Below are positions 27,169 through 36,891 of a DNA stretch of 46,352 nucleotides, piece by piece. Position 1 is the stretch's first letter, and each line of letters starts with the position of its first letter. A program made the position numbers and the translations under genes. The notes beneath the pieces were generated by a model. The model did not search any database, had not been told where the DNA came from, and saw only the letters and a program-made list of their open reading frames with translations. Location of the stretch: positions 1 to 46,352 of the forward strand of contig PAOW01000026.1 in NCBI GenBank assembly GCA_002710015.1. The letters are read 5' to 3'. The stretch is from Methanobacteriota archaeon. GTDB taxonomy: Archaea > Thermoplasmatota > Poseidoniia > Poseidoniales > Poseidoniaceae.

Positions 27169-28167
27169 TCAACTTACCATTTGCATGAATACAGGCCAGG
27201 TTTCAAAGTTCTGAGCTAATGCCCTTTCGTTGATATCTTCCATTCTAGCGTCAGTCATCATATCCGATGGATCTAGTCCTGCATCTATCAATTCCTGCAC
27301 AATTGCTCTGAATTCCCTTTCAATTTCGGGCATGTTATCATCTTCGACTTGGACGGCAGGCAATGGAACCACAGATTCAGCTTCAGTATTTTCAACCGGG
27401 GTTTCTAGCGGTGCTTTTGTGACTTCCTCCTCTGCAACTGAAGTTTCTATTTTTTCATCTCCGAATGTAGGTAGTGGAATGTTCACAATTTCTTCAGGAA
27501 TCATTTCTGAGATAAATTGGTCTTCAAGAGTAATCTCATCAACCACTTCAGCGGTTTTTTCTTCATGGACAGGAGCTTCTATGACTTCAGGTTCGGGTTT
27601 AGCGAGCCCTACTCCAAGAATTTCTGCTTGCTGTTTCGCCAATTCGGCTGCTTGCCTTCTTGGTAGAGAAACAAAAGCCTTGCCCACTAAAGCGTGAACA
27701 GGGTATGGAAGGTAGTATTTTTCAAGAGGTGGAAGGCTTGGATGCCTGAAGCAAAGAATAGAGTGCTTTTCGAACGGTCTTTGATTGGGTATATCGACAC
27801 TAAAAGGCACAGGATTAACTTCAACAGTGCTTCTAAGCCACCCTTCTTGCGTGACTAATTGCTGCATCCATGGTCCCATGTCCGCGTTGGCGATGTTAAG
27901 AAATTGGAATGAGGCAGAGCGGGGGTCAAATCCCTGTTCAGAGATCAATTCAGATTCGGCTCTAGGTCGGTGAAAAATACCCATTACAGGTTGACCATGG
28001 TCTATCATGTCCCCATGTAATTCTAGCAGTTTTCTTTCTTTTCTTGGACATAGTAACATCAAGTCTAGTCTAGCTGTATTTTCATCCCAGATTTCATTCC
28101 ATCTAGAATTGGCCTCATCTTTAAGTTGCTGAAATGTCATGTTTGGAATCATTGCTGTGACACCCAT
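27169..28167 (-). CDS. Hypothetical protein (globular N-terminus, acidic linker, helical C-terminus)
   Basis: 332-aa ORF tightly packed in a co-directional run; no motif recognised. Confidence 0.75.
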   Translation of the reverse strand: MGVTAMIPNMTFQQLKDEANSRWNEIWDENTARLDLMLLCPRKERKLLELHGDMIDHGQPVMGIFHRPRAESELISEQGFDPRSASFQFLNIANADMGPWMQQLVTQEGWLRSTVEVNPVPFSVDIPNQRPFEKHSILCFRHPSLPPLEKYYLPYPVHALVGKAFVSLPRRQAAELAKQQAEILGVGLAKPEPEVIEAPVHEEKTAEVVDEITLEDQFISEMIPEEIVNIPLPTFGDEKIETSVAEEEVTKAPLETPVENTEAESVVPLPAVQVEDDNMPEIEREFRAIVQELIDAGLDPSDMMTDARMEDINERALAQNFETWPVFMQMVS

Positions 28168-28196
28168 GCGACCACCAGTTCTCCTAGGGGGGTGTC

Positions 28197-29159
28197 CTAT
28201 TTGGTGATATATGCTTTCTTGACAGCAAATTCTGCCAGAAGTATTACCCCACCAGCAGCACCTCTCACAGTGTTGTGAGATAGGGCATCGAAAGTAATGA
28301 TCTTCCCTTTGACTTGTATATTTCCAACCGTTATCGACATACCATTACCTATCCATAGATGCTCATCTCGATTTGGTTTTTCATCTATGATGTAATTTAC
28401 AACTTCAGGTGATGATGGAAGATTCAATCTATTGATTTTCATTAGTCTTTTCACAGTTTCTAAATCCGTATTTTGTTGAACCTGTAACCTGACAGACACC
28501 ATATGTCCGTCTTTTTGTGATACCCTATTACATGAGGCATTTACTTGAATGTCCAAATCCAGTAAATACTTCAACTCTGCAATCAGCTTTTCTTCTTCTC
28601 CTGGGATAAATGGGTTAACGTTTCCTTCTAGTGCATTCTTATCATTTAGCAGTTGCCAACCAGCACCAGAAAGGGCTTGCCGAGTGTAAATTGAGATGCT
28701 TTTAATTCCAAGATCCTTCAACCCAATTATTGGTGTAACTACGGGAACTACAGTGCAATTTGTAGCACATGCGTGGCCATCATAATTTCGCATATCTTCT
28801 GGATTTACTTCGGGAATTACTAACGGAATTCCAGCAATTCTTCTGAATGCACTTGCATTTGAAAATACGTGAATACCTCTAGCAACCAAGGATGGCTCTA
28901 CAATCTCAGCGACATTGCTTGGCAATGCTGAAAACGCTATGTCAACATCGGGAATATCGCTCATTGAACAGATCAAAATGTCGTAATTTGGACGAGGCGA
29001 ATCTAGCCTCCACTCTATTTCATCATACATTGAACCGACGTTTTGAGGTGACCCTGCAATAGCAACTACGTCAAAAAATGGATGATCGTAAAGTAGCTCT
29101 TGAAGTCGCTGACTTACCAGTCCGCTCGACCCAAGAATTGCAACCTCGAACCGCCTCAT
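28197..29159 (-). CDS. asd: Aspartate-semialdehyde dehydrogenase (archaeal-type)
   Basis: AILGSSGLVSQ; FSALP; SNASAFR; PLVIPEVN; NCT (catalytic Cys); QALSGAG; EEEK; GH; SHNTVRGAAG. Confidence 0.9.
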   Translation of the reverse strand: MRRFEVAILGSSGLVSQRLQELLYDHPFFDVVAIAGSPQNVGSMYDEIEWRLDSPRPNYDILICSMSDIPDVDIAFSALPSNVAEIVEPSLVARGIHVFSNASAFRRIAGIPLVIPEVNPEDMRNYDGHACATNCTVVPVVTPIIGLKDLGIKSISIYTRQALSGAGWQLLNDKNALEGNVNPFIPGEEEKLIAELKYLLDLDIQVNASCNRVSQKDGHMVSVRLQVQQNTDLETVKRLMKINRLNLPSSPEVVNYIIDEKPNRDEHLWIGNGMSITVGNIQVKGKIITFDALSHNTVRGAAGGVILLAEFAVKKAYITK

Positions 29160-29881
29160 TCCCGCTCCTCATGAGGAACGGGGAAGATTCTCCTTATGAT
29201 GAGTTTCCTTGCGATAGATGTTCCATCTTTTACGCTACCCAACTTCGCTTTACCTACTCTCTTGGAGTAACTAATCGGTACGTGAGTTATTGGGATATTA
29301 TTGTAAGCACAAGATGTATACATCTCAGCTTCAATTTCAAATCTCATACTATTGAGTTTCAGGTCTTCGATTGCTTTTCGAGAAAATGCCCAGAAACCAG
29401 AGCATAGATCGCTTATTGCTTTTCCATGCAAAACTACTGCCAACCACGTGAGCAATTGATTTCCTATCCAATTTTTTGACGTCATAGCATCCGAGGCAAG
29501 ATTTCCGTGCAATCTATCTCCTATTGCGATTCCATTCTCAGGTATAGCAAGAATCAGATTCGGTATTTCTTCAGGATGGTAGGTCCCATCAGAATCAAGC
29601 ATTACCAGAACATCATCTTTTTTTTCTAAAAACAACTTGAAAGCCTGTCTAATACCTGCGCCTTTTCCTTCACCCCACTGCTCGATAATTTCACAATCGA
29701 AACCTCTTGCAATTTCCAATGTATCATCATTTGAGCCTCCATCAACTATCACTACTCTGCAATCATAGCCCATTTTGTTTAATTTTGAAAATGGAATTCG
29801 GTTGTAAACATCAGAAAGCGCCTTCTCTTCATCCAAAGTTGGAAGCATGATGAATAGAGATGGCACAAACCCCTCCACCAT
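29156..29881 (-). CDS. GT2 glycosyltransferase (polyprenol-phosphate sugar synthase-like)
   Basis: LPTLDEE; VDGGSNDDT; GKGAG; MLDSDGTY; DLCSGF; FEIEAE; R.G.AKL. Confidence 0.88.
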   Translation of the reverse strand: MVEGFVPSLFIMLPTLDEEKALSDVYNRIPFSKLNKMGYDCRVVIVDGGSNDDTLEIARGFDCEIIEQWGEGKGAGIRQAFKLFLEKKDDVLVMLDSDGTYHPEEIPNLILAIPENGIAIGDRLHGNLASDAMTSKNWIGNQLLTWLAVVLHGKAISDLCSGFWAFSRKAIEDLKLNSMRFEIEAEMYTSCAYNNIPITHVPISYSKRVGKAKLGSVKDGTSIARKLIIRRIFPVPHEERE

Positions 29882-29909
29882 TTGTTGATAGTAGTGTTTT
29901 TCCCTTTTT

Positions 29910-31946
29910 TTAGGCCCGATAACGCACTTCTAGCCAGTGCAATCTAACTCCGGTCTTATCCAGTAATTTGTCACCGCGCCCAGATGCTCCAAGTGGATTA
30001 ATCCAATATTCTGAGTCGCTAAGCACTTCGAGTTGTAGAGTCTTTTCTGTTGGATCTAAACAGAACTCATGCCATCCGGAATGTCTGCGCTCCATTTCAT
30101 TGACTTTGACAGTAACTTCTCCGACTAACTCAGTCATCAAGCATATTTTTTCAGAGCTAGAGTAATTTAATTCTATTTCGAACATCCCCTCTGTTATGTA
30201 TAATCTTTCATCACCCAGTTCAAATGGGTCTCTATCTCTCAAAGAAGACCAAGGATCAATCCTCATATTGTCTCCTTTAATTGGTATAAATTCTGAGACT
30301 TCAGAGTCGTCTTGAAGCTCATACAGTGATGAACCTCCAGTCGTCATTATCCTATTCCAATGAGTGGATTTGTGTATGTATTGCATCATCACGCCTTTTG
30401 TTGAGGCTATTGCGTGAGTAATACCCAATTTCTCTAACTTGGAAATGTTGTCATACACTATTGCACTGGTTGCTTGATTTTGTATAGATTCATCCTGTTT
30501 TAGTATTCCAACAGAGGGAACAGCAGTTACTCCAATGCTATCGAGATTGTAGAAGAAGTGCCCCCAATGTTCATTTTCAACATATAGTAAAGCATCATCT
30601 GGGAAATCCATTGCGTTGATTTGATTGAACAATGCAATATCCCCATTTGAAATAACATGTAACTCATCATGATTTTCCAATTCTGAAAGGCAACTGTGAG
30701 CGACACCGCTAACAACCAATGCGGAAATCATAATGGCTTTGCCCAATGTTGAATTTGAGCCGTAATCTAATCTAGATAATTTCAGTCCTAGAATGGTTGC
30801 AAGTGGTATGTGGAACGCATGCATGCTCATTGAGTATAGTGCGTAGGACAGCATTGAGATAATTGCAAAGCCAGAGAATCCATCAAGGAAGCTGACCAAT
30901 GATAAGGTCCAATTTAGGCCGAACCATGCGACTAGAATTCTTACACTTTTTTCTGTTCTAAGAGACCACGCTGCCCAAATTGCTAGTGGTAACAAAAGAC
31001 CTGAATACACAACCATTGGACTACCGCCTTGCCAACCGTATTCAGAGAAAACGGATTTCGAGCTAAATGTTGGTGCGAGTGATGTGAGAACAAACACCAG
31101 AGATAGGACAACGATAGCAATCGGAAATTTCTCGTTTAAATTTAATTTCTGACCTTTGTCAACAATTACATGGGCGATTAGTAGAGTAACCAAATACACC
31201 AAACCAGTTGGATGAATAAGCGACACACTAACCACTGTAAAACCGACAAATCCCCATCTAATCTTATCTCCAAACATAGCCAAAACAACAACAAGGCCCA
31301 TTTGACTTGCTACGGTTGGATACCCCGAATCCAAATTTTTTGCAAACAATGCTGGTGCTAACATCATACTCATTATGATCCAATGGCTACAACCTAACTT
31401 ATCGCCAAACGCAGCTATACCAAGAATTAGAGAAACAAAACATATTGTCCCTAAGTGGAATATTGCGGTGTAAGTATCTCCTCCTAGCCATGCTGCTAGC
31501 ATTGGAAATGCAGGTGGATATATCCATTCTCCGACAGATGGATAATTTAGTGCAAAACCATCTGTCGAGATAGAGCCTGTCAATACAGAAAAACCAACCC
31601 AATCTACTCCCATGGGGCGTTGGTATGATAGAGGCTGCATTGCTAGAATAACCGCGATTACAGTGAATATCCAAAACCAAGAACCTCTATCTACAATTAT
31701 GATTTGTTCTTGCGGACATAATGATACTCTGATTGAAATGATTGCAATTATATTTGCAATTACAGCAAACATGGTGATGGTTCTGACATCAAACCCGAAT
31801 ACAAAACACGCTCCTGAGATTCCCAACATTACAAGGAGCCCAAATGCAGGTGTGAATAGGAGGTGCCTTATCCAGTCTCCATTTTTGTCTAGTTTTTTTG
31901 CGATGGCTAAACCGGGAAATATTGCTAGCAATAACCCGATAGCCAT
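29910..31946 (-). CDS. Multi-pass membrane protein with external C-terminal domain, possibly a GT-C glycosyltransferase
   Basis: About 13 hydrophobic segments; GVD and YPPAFP in an early loop; IHP; directly upstream of the GT2 gene. Confidence 0.6.
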   Translation of the reverse strand: MAIGLLLAIFPGLAIAKKLDKNGDWIRHLLFTPAFGLLVMLGISGACFVFGFDVRTITMFAVIANIIAIISIRVSLCPQEQIIIVDRGSWFWIFTVIAVILAMQPLSYQRPMGVDWVGFSVLTGSISTDGFALNYPSVGEWIYPPAFPMLAAWLGGDTYTAIFHLGTICFVSLILGIAAFGDKLGCSHWIIMSMMLAPALFAKNLDSGYPTVASQMGLVVVLAMFGDKIRWGFVGFTVVSVSLIHPTGLVYLVTLLIAHVIVDKGQKLNLNEKFPIAIVVLSLVFVLTSLAPTFSSKSVFSEYGWQGGSPMVVYSGLLLPLAIWAAWSLRTEKSVRILVAWFGLNWTLSLVSFLDGFSGFAIISMLSYALYSMSMHAFHIPLATILGLKLSRLDYGSNSTLGKAIMISALVVSGVAHSCLSELENHDELHVISNGDIALFNQINAMDFPDDALLYVENEHWGHFFYNLDSIGVTAVPSVGILKQDESIQNQATSAIVYDNISKLEKLGITHAIASTKGVMMQYIHKSTHWNRIMTTGGSSLYELQDDSEVSEFIPIKGDNMRIDPWSSLRDRDPFELGDERLYITEGMFEIELNYSSSEKICLMTELVGEVTVKVNEMERRHSGWHEFCLDPTEKTLQLEVLSDSEYWINPLGASGRGDKLLDKTGVRLHWLEVRYRA

Positions 31947-32003
31947 ACACAGCCCTAAGGGAATAAGCCTTCAAACCTACTTACGAAGAATCATCAATGT
32001 GTA

Positions 32004-32582
32004 ATGTTTGGAAGTTCTATGGCAGACGTCATAAAGCTCCCAGATGAATACTGGGTGTTTGATTTCACCAGAGGGCCAGACCCTAATTTTGAGTGTCCGC
32101 TAGATTATCAAATTGGTCGTTATGATGAGGTAAGGCCTGGAATGTATACACACGATTTATTCGAAGGAAAGAGGGACTTGCATATCGGAATTGATATTGG
32201 TGCACCTGTTGGTGAGGCGATTCATGCCTTCTCAGACGGAGTCGTTCACTCACTGGGCATCAATCCAGAACCTGGTTCATATGGCCCTACAATCATAATC
32301 AAGCACGAGCTTAAGGGCAAGCCGATCTGGGCATTATATGGCCATCTCTCGATGGAATCTTTAGATATGGTAAGCGAAGGTATGCAGGTTTCAGAGGGCC
32401 AAATCGTTGCAACAGTTGGAGATGAGAGTGTAAATGGGGGCTGGGCTCCTCATCTACATTTTCAGTTATGCTGGGAAGAGCCACAGGTAAACGATATGCC
32501 GGGAGTGGTTGCAAGAGAAGATAGAGAATGGGCTTTGGAAAAATATCCAGACCCAAGGATTGTTTTGGGTCCACTCTACTAA
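32004..32582 (+). CDS. M23 family metallopeptidase
   Basis: HIGIDI (HxxxD); LYGHL; V.EGQ.VA.VG; NGGWAPHLHFQ (HxH). No signal peptide. Confidence 0.88.
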   Translation: MFGSSMADVIKLPDEYWVFDFTRGPDPNFECPLDYQIGRYDEVRPGMYTHDLFEGKRDLHIGIDIGAPVGEAIHAFSDGVVHSLGINPEPGSYGPTIIIKHELKGKPIWALYGHLSMESLDMVSEGMQVSEGQIVATVGDESVNGGWAPHLHFQLCWEEPQVNDMPGVVAREDREWALEKYPDPRIVLGPLY

Positions 32583-33649
32583 TCACTTTGACTTAGAAAA
32601 TCCTTCAATGAGATTATCGGTTTGATAGCTGATGGGTTTTTGCCATGCAGGAGAGCCAGTGCAATCGACAACCAATCCATCATAATACAGATGTGAAGCA
32701 GACATTCCAGAAGAGTCTCCCCCTCACCTTGTAGTTTCCATGCATATTCGCTCGGACTGTTTGAGATAAACCAGTCCATCCTTTTCTCCACCCTTGGATG
32801 CAGACCTTGCCAAGACATCAGAATGATTGCTTGTTCACTAGCATCGGGATCTCCGTCGTCACCAACTCCTCCCCAAGCAACAAGTTCGTTATGATTCATC
32901 TCGGGGAACTCGCCTATTCTTGCGAATCTTGCCGCATTTTCATTCAATTGATTCTTGAATCTAATCATCGCAGGGCCGAGTTCATTCGGGCCTAGTATGG
33001 CTATTTGTCTGCGCATCAGGTTTAGTGCAAGACTGGCAACGTCTCCCTCTGGGTTGGCGATTATATCACAGTCTTCAATAGATTTCTCAAGTCTTGTCAA
33101 GGCGCTGTTTGGAAGATCGTATTTCATTACACCTATCTCGACTAAAAGGGCTAATTGACGTGAAAAAATATGACCAAAAGCAGAGCGAGGAGGTTGTCCA
33201 GAAGGACACGAGATTAGGTGCATACTTGAGGATAGTTCACACATCCCAGCTAGTTCACCACCGCTGGAAACCGCAATTATAGTTGCACCTTTTTCCAGTG
33301 CCTGTCTAGTTGCAAACAGTGTTTCCTCGGTATTTCCTGAATAAGAAGTGGATATCACTAACCAATCCCTTGTCCACCAGTTTGGTAAGTCATAACCCCT
33401 GTGGCTGATTATCGGTATTGCGCCCTCTCGAGTTGATAGGGTAGATAGGAAATCTCCTCCGGCTGCTGATCCACCCATGCCTAGGCACAAAATTCCCGAC
33501 CAACTTCTATTGACATCACTAATCCAAGGTAATAGATTTAGATTCACCGATTTGAATCCAGATCTGAAGTCTTCAACAAAGCGACGTGTAAATCCTATCA
33601 TGTCATCGGTATCAAGCGCTTTTGCCAATCTCACAATGCCTTCTTCCAT
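32579..33649 (-). CDS. Bifunctional phosphoglucose/phosphomannose isomerase (SIS domain)
   Basis: GMGGSAAGG; SYSGNTEET; SSGGEL; QPPRSA; RFKNQLNENA; PEMNHNEL. Confidence 0.9.
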   Translation of the reverse strand: MEEGIVRLAKALDTDDMIGFTRRFVEDFRSGFKSVNLNLLPWISDVNRSWSGILCLGMGGSAAGGDFLSTLSTREGAIPIISHRGYDLPNWWTRDWLVISTSYSGNTEETLFATRQALEKGATIIAVSSGGELAGMCELSSSMHLISCPSGQPPRSAFGHIFSRQLALLVEIGVMKYDLPNSALTRLEKSIEDCDIIANPEGDVASLALNLMRRQIAILGPNELGPAMIRFKNQLNENAARFARIGEFPEMNHNELVAWGGVGDDGDPDASEQAIILMSWQGLHPRVEKRMDWFISNSPSEYAWKLQGEGETLLECLLHICIMMDWLSIALALLHGKNPSAIKPIISLKDFLSQSD

Positions 33650-34705
33650 CTAATCACCATCAATCGCTAATCTAGGCAAACATACCCATTCGCCTTCAAT
33701 TCTTGCCATCAAAAGGTCTCTTCCGTGGACATGCTCGTATGCTAATCGTACCGCCGTCATTTTCCAATTTGTTGGATCTAGAAACTCTGCAACTGTAGAA
33801 TCTTCGCTTACTTGGCTAATTCGCACAAGCTCGCTAAGTCGAGCAATTACGTTAGCATTCTCAAGGTCTCTCCAAGTTGCTCCAGTCCTTTCTCGTCTCT
33901 CCACCTTTTCTAAAATCGCTCCTTCACCAGTCCATGATGTTGGTCTCCATAAGTCGCCGCGCCATCTGATTACATCACCGATTTCATACCCCGGTTTTCT
34001 ATACAATAATGTGAGTCTTGTAAGGTCGACACCGTCTTTGCGGCCAACAACTGAGGTTGTAGTTGTTACCTGGCCGCCGTGTTCGGAAATCAGATGCCTG
34101 CCCCATGCTCTAGCAAGGGCCTTTGAACCTAACACAACATCATAGCCTCCGGTTACAGGGCCTTCTTTTGTTATGAAGAACATAGGGTCATCTGGCATTT
34201 CAAGCAAGACCTTGTCCAAAGTTAAGCGTAAATCCTTGAATTCATCTTCTGTTAGTCTGCGAGCGCTGGATCTTAACTGAACTGTTGCTTCAAAATAATT
34301 TCCAGCTCTCCTAGTGCATGTTAGGCATACTCCATTAGACATCCTAGCTCTAAGAGTGTGCTTTTCAGTGTATAGCAGGTCGTCAATGACCCCTTCCATT
34401 TCGATATGAACCAGGGTATGTCTGCCATCCACCTCCTGTGCGACTAATCCAATTTCCAAGTCTTCAATATCTTGATGAAACTCTACATTTTGATGAACAA
34501 GTTCGTACCACAAGTCTTCATCTTCCACATTAGTCCACTTACCCTGAAAGTCGATCAATCCGCAACGAGCACATTTTGTCCACGGAGCGTTTTTTGGGAC
34601 CTTTGCAAGAGTAACCCTCTTTCTGGAACATGGCTCACACATTCTCCCAGTGAATAGTGGCGGTTCCCCTCCACAAACTAAACAAAACTCACCACCGAGG
34701 TCCAT
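33650..34705 (-). CDS. nmd3: NMD3 family ribosome biogenesis protein
   Basis: Four CxxC pairs (FCLVCG, MCEPC, CARCG, CLTC); YFEATVQLR; GYD...GSK; VVGRKDG. Confidence 0.88.
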   Translation of the reverse strand: MDLGGEFCLVCGGEPPLFTGRMCEPCSRKRVTLAKVPKNAPWTKCARCGLIDFQGKWTNVEDEDLWYELVHQNVEFHQDIEDLEIGLVAQEVDGRHTLVHIEMEGVIDDLLYTEKHTLRARMSNGVCLTCTRRAGNYFEATVQLRSSARRLTEDEFKDLRLTLDKVLLEMPDDPMFFITKEGPVTGGYDVVLGSKALARAWGRHLISEHGGQVTTTTSVVGRKDGVDLTRLTLLYRKPGYEIGDVIRWRGDLWRPTSWTGEGAILEKVERRERTGATWRDLENANVIARLSELVRISQVSEDSTVAEFLDPTNWKMTAVRLAYEHVHGRDLLMARIEGEWVCLPRLAIDGD

Positions 34706-34722
34706 TTAATCACCAATGCAAG

Positions 34723-34935
34723 TCAGTCATTGTCGGCATTATCTCCAACTAAGTGATTTTCAATTTGCTCAACTTCGGTCTTATTTCCCGATGAAGCGTC
34801 AACTTCTAGGATATTCTCAAGTGTTGCAATTTTCTGCTCTAACCTTTTCGACCTCGAAAAAACGGTCCAAGTCCAAATGGCGATCGCTCCGATCATGCCA
34901 AGATAAGCAATTGTAAGGTGGGTCAGACTGCTCAT
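34723..34935 (-). CDS. Small single-TM protein, CcmD-like
   Basis: LTIAYLGMIGAIAIWTWTVF followed by a charged coiled segment. It overlaps the ccmC stop (ATGA), which is the position and shape of CcmD. Confidence 0.55.
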   Translation of the reverse strand: MSSLTHLTIAYLGMIGAIAIWTWTVFSRSKRLEQKIATLENILEVDASSGNKTEVEQIENHLVGDNADND

Positions 34936-35630
34936 TCAACCACCTCGTCATATTTTGCTTGTATCTTCTCTAGACGCATTTCAAGTTGCGCTAATCGCAT
35001 ACCGGATATAATGTAGCCTGTGATTATTGCTAAAAAGGACAAAGCTCCGCAGTAAAGGACAATCCGCATATCCCAATCAATGGACCCTTTTGAGGTCGCC
35101 ATTACAGGACCTGGGTGTCGGATTTGCCACAATCTTGTTGAGATGTAGGTAAATGGGACAAGTATGAAGCCATACATCCCAAATGTGCAAAATGTATCTC
35201 TTGTTTCAACACCATCTGGCTGAGTTCTCCTACCTAAAACAATGAACAAAGATAGCAATGTAAGCATGGCAAATGTGTTCAAGCGAACGTCCGTCCAGTC
35301 CCAAGGGACTCCCCATTCGGCACTCCCCCATATACAACCTGACCAAATCACCATCAAGCCAGTAGCTAATGCTGCTTCACTGCTTGCAACATGTAATCTC
35401 CAAGCCCAATCTCTCCTCTTGAAGAACCAAACAGTAGAACCAACAAATAGCATTGCATTTGCCATCATTGCAGCCCAGGCACTTGGAACGTGCCAGTAGA
35501 AAATTCTCTGTGATTCAGGAGAAGAAAAAGCCACAGTAGAAACAGAAGGAACCCAAAGGAATGCCAGGCATAGAGTAAAGCCGGCACCTGCGAGGCCGAC
35601 TAAAACAACTACCTCTCCTTTGATGTTCAT
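34932..35630 (-). CDS. ccmC: Heme exporter / cytochrome c maturation protein CcmC
   Basis: RIFYWHVPSAW; WWD-type motif GCIWGSAEWGVPWDWTDVRL; WQIRHP. Confidence 0.88.
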   Translation of the reverse strand: MNIKGEVVVLVGLAGAGFTLCLAFLWVPSVSTVAFSSPESQRIFYWHVPSAWAAMMANAMLFVGSTVWFFKRRDWAWRLHVASSEAALATGLMVIWSGCIWGSAEWGVPWDWTDVRLNTFAMLTLLSLFIVLGRRTQPDGVETRDTFCTFGMYGFILVPFTYISTRLWQIRHPGPVMATSKGSIDWDMRIVLYCGALSFLAIITGYIISGMRLAQLEMRLEKIQAKYDEVVE

Positions 35631-35661
35631 GTTAATCCCACCACATATCTCTATTCAATGT

Positions 35662-36837
35662 TCATGTTGCTAGATTATCAACAACAATTGCCCAAGGAAG
35701 TATTAGAATTGGTGTTAATAATTTGATTATAACTGCGTTTGGTCGCGATAGTCGGAGTGTTGCTTGAGTCATTATTGCCATAGTGATTTCGGTAAAAATA
35801 CCGAGAATTCCTCCTACGAGGATTACTGTCATATCAGTGTAATCCGTTGTGATTGAAGAAAGCAGTGTCAAGAGAATATACAGGATTAGTGAGTGAAAGA
35901 TAGAATTTGGTAGAATTCCTGATTTAGTAATCCACCAAGCGTGCGATCTGTTCTCCATTAGTAGCCTGTTTATTGGATTACCACACAAGCCCGCCGCAAG
36001 TGCTGGAGCCATTATGAAACCTAGTTGTGTTCTGCCATCTAGATTTGGAGCGTCGAATAACGCAATCATCGCACCAAGGGTCAACAACCCTGCAATGCCA
36101 TTGTTAGCAAACCCCGATAATGTGCGAAGGTTGAGTCTATGACCAACCATCGGTTTCCTCTGAGAGATGGTTTTTACTTGCTCAAATTTCCCCGCTGGTG
36201 GAGTATTTTTCTCCTCATCAAATGGGAAATATACCACTCTGTCAGCGGAATCGATAATCTTAGGTTCATGACTTGCGATAAGAATAGCGTGACCGCCAGC
36301 CGCTAGGTTTCGTAAACATTGGGATAGATGCTCGATTGAATTGCTGTCAAGACCGCTATCAGGTTCATCCAATAAAACCGCAACAGGTTCTTTTGAAACA
36401 AGGGCAGGAATAATCCCGCTCATCACAGCGACCTTTCTTCTTTGGCCTCCCGACAACACTGCGATTCTATCATGGGTCCTGTGTTTAAGATTCCAATCAT
36501 CGAGGAATGCTGAAACATCGAAATTAAATTCGGCAGCATCCATGATGCGCTCACCAACTAGCTCATCACCCATTACGCAATCATCTTGGAGACAAAGACC
36601 GAACTTAGTCCGCCCTCTTCTGCCCTCGGAATCTCTAATCAGTTGGCCTGATATGCGAGATGTTCCATTCTCAAGCGAAATCAATCCAGCAGCCGCTTCG
36701 ATTACTGTTGATTTACCGCATCCATTTTCTCCAGCTAGGCATACAACTTCGCCTTCGTTGACCGTTAATGAGAAGCCATCCAACACCTTGTTGCTACCCC
36801 GCAGGACAGACAAGTCAGATATCTCTATCATTCCCAT
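35662..36837 (-). CDS. ABC ATPase fused to a C-terminal membrane domain (CcmA/CcmB-like)
   Basis: Walker A GENGCGKS; LSGGQRRK; LLDEPDSGLD; ASH; about 5-6 hydrophobic helices in the last 150 aa. Confidence 0.75.
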   Translation of the reverse strand: MGMIEISDLSVLRGSNKVLDGFSLTVNEGEVVCLAGENGCGKSTVIEAAAGLISLENGTSRISGQLIRDSEGRRGRTKFGLCLQDDCVMGDELVGERIMDAAEFNFDVSAFLDDWNLKHRTHDRIAVLSGGQRRKVAVMSGIIPALVSKEPVAVLLDEPDSGLDSNSIEHLSQCLRNLAAGGHAILIASHEPKIIDSADRVVYFPFDEEKNTPPAGKFEQVKTISQRKPMVGHRLNLRTLSGFANNGIAGLLTLGAMIALFDAPNLDGRTQLGFIMAPALAAGLCGNPINRLLMENRSHAWWITKSGILPNSIFHSLILYILLTLLSSITTDYTDMTVILVGGILGIFTEITMAIMTQATLRLSRPNAVIIKLLTPILILPWAIVVDNLAT

Positions 36838-36891
36838 TGTACCGAGCGAGAGACCGCATTGGCTTCAAACCCCCGTCTCATCGGGTGTAAC

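Noticed and set aside
26612-27697. Plus-strand ORFs of 179 and 155 aa
   Set aside because: They overlap well-supported minus-strand genes and have no recognisable motifs.
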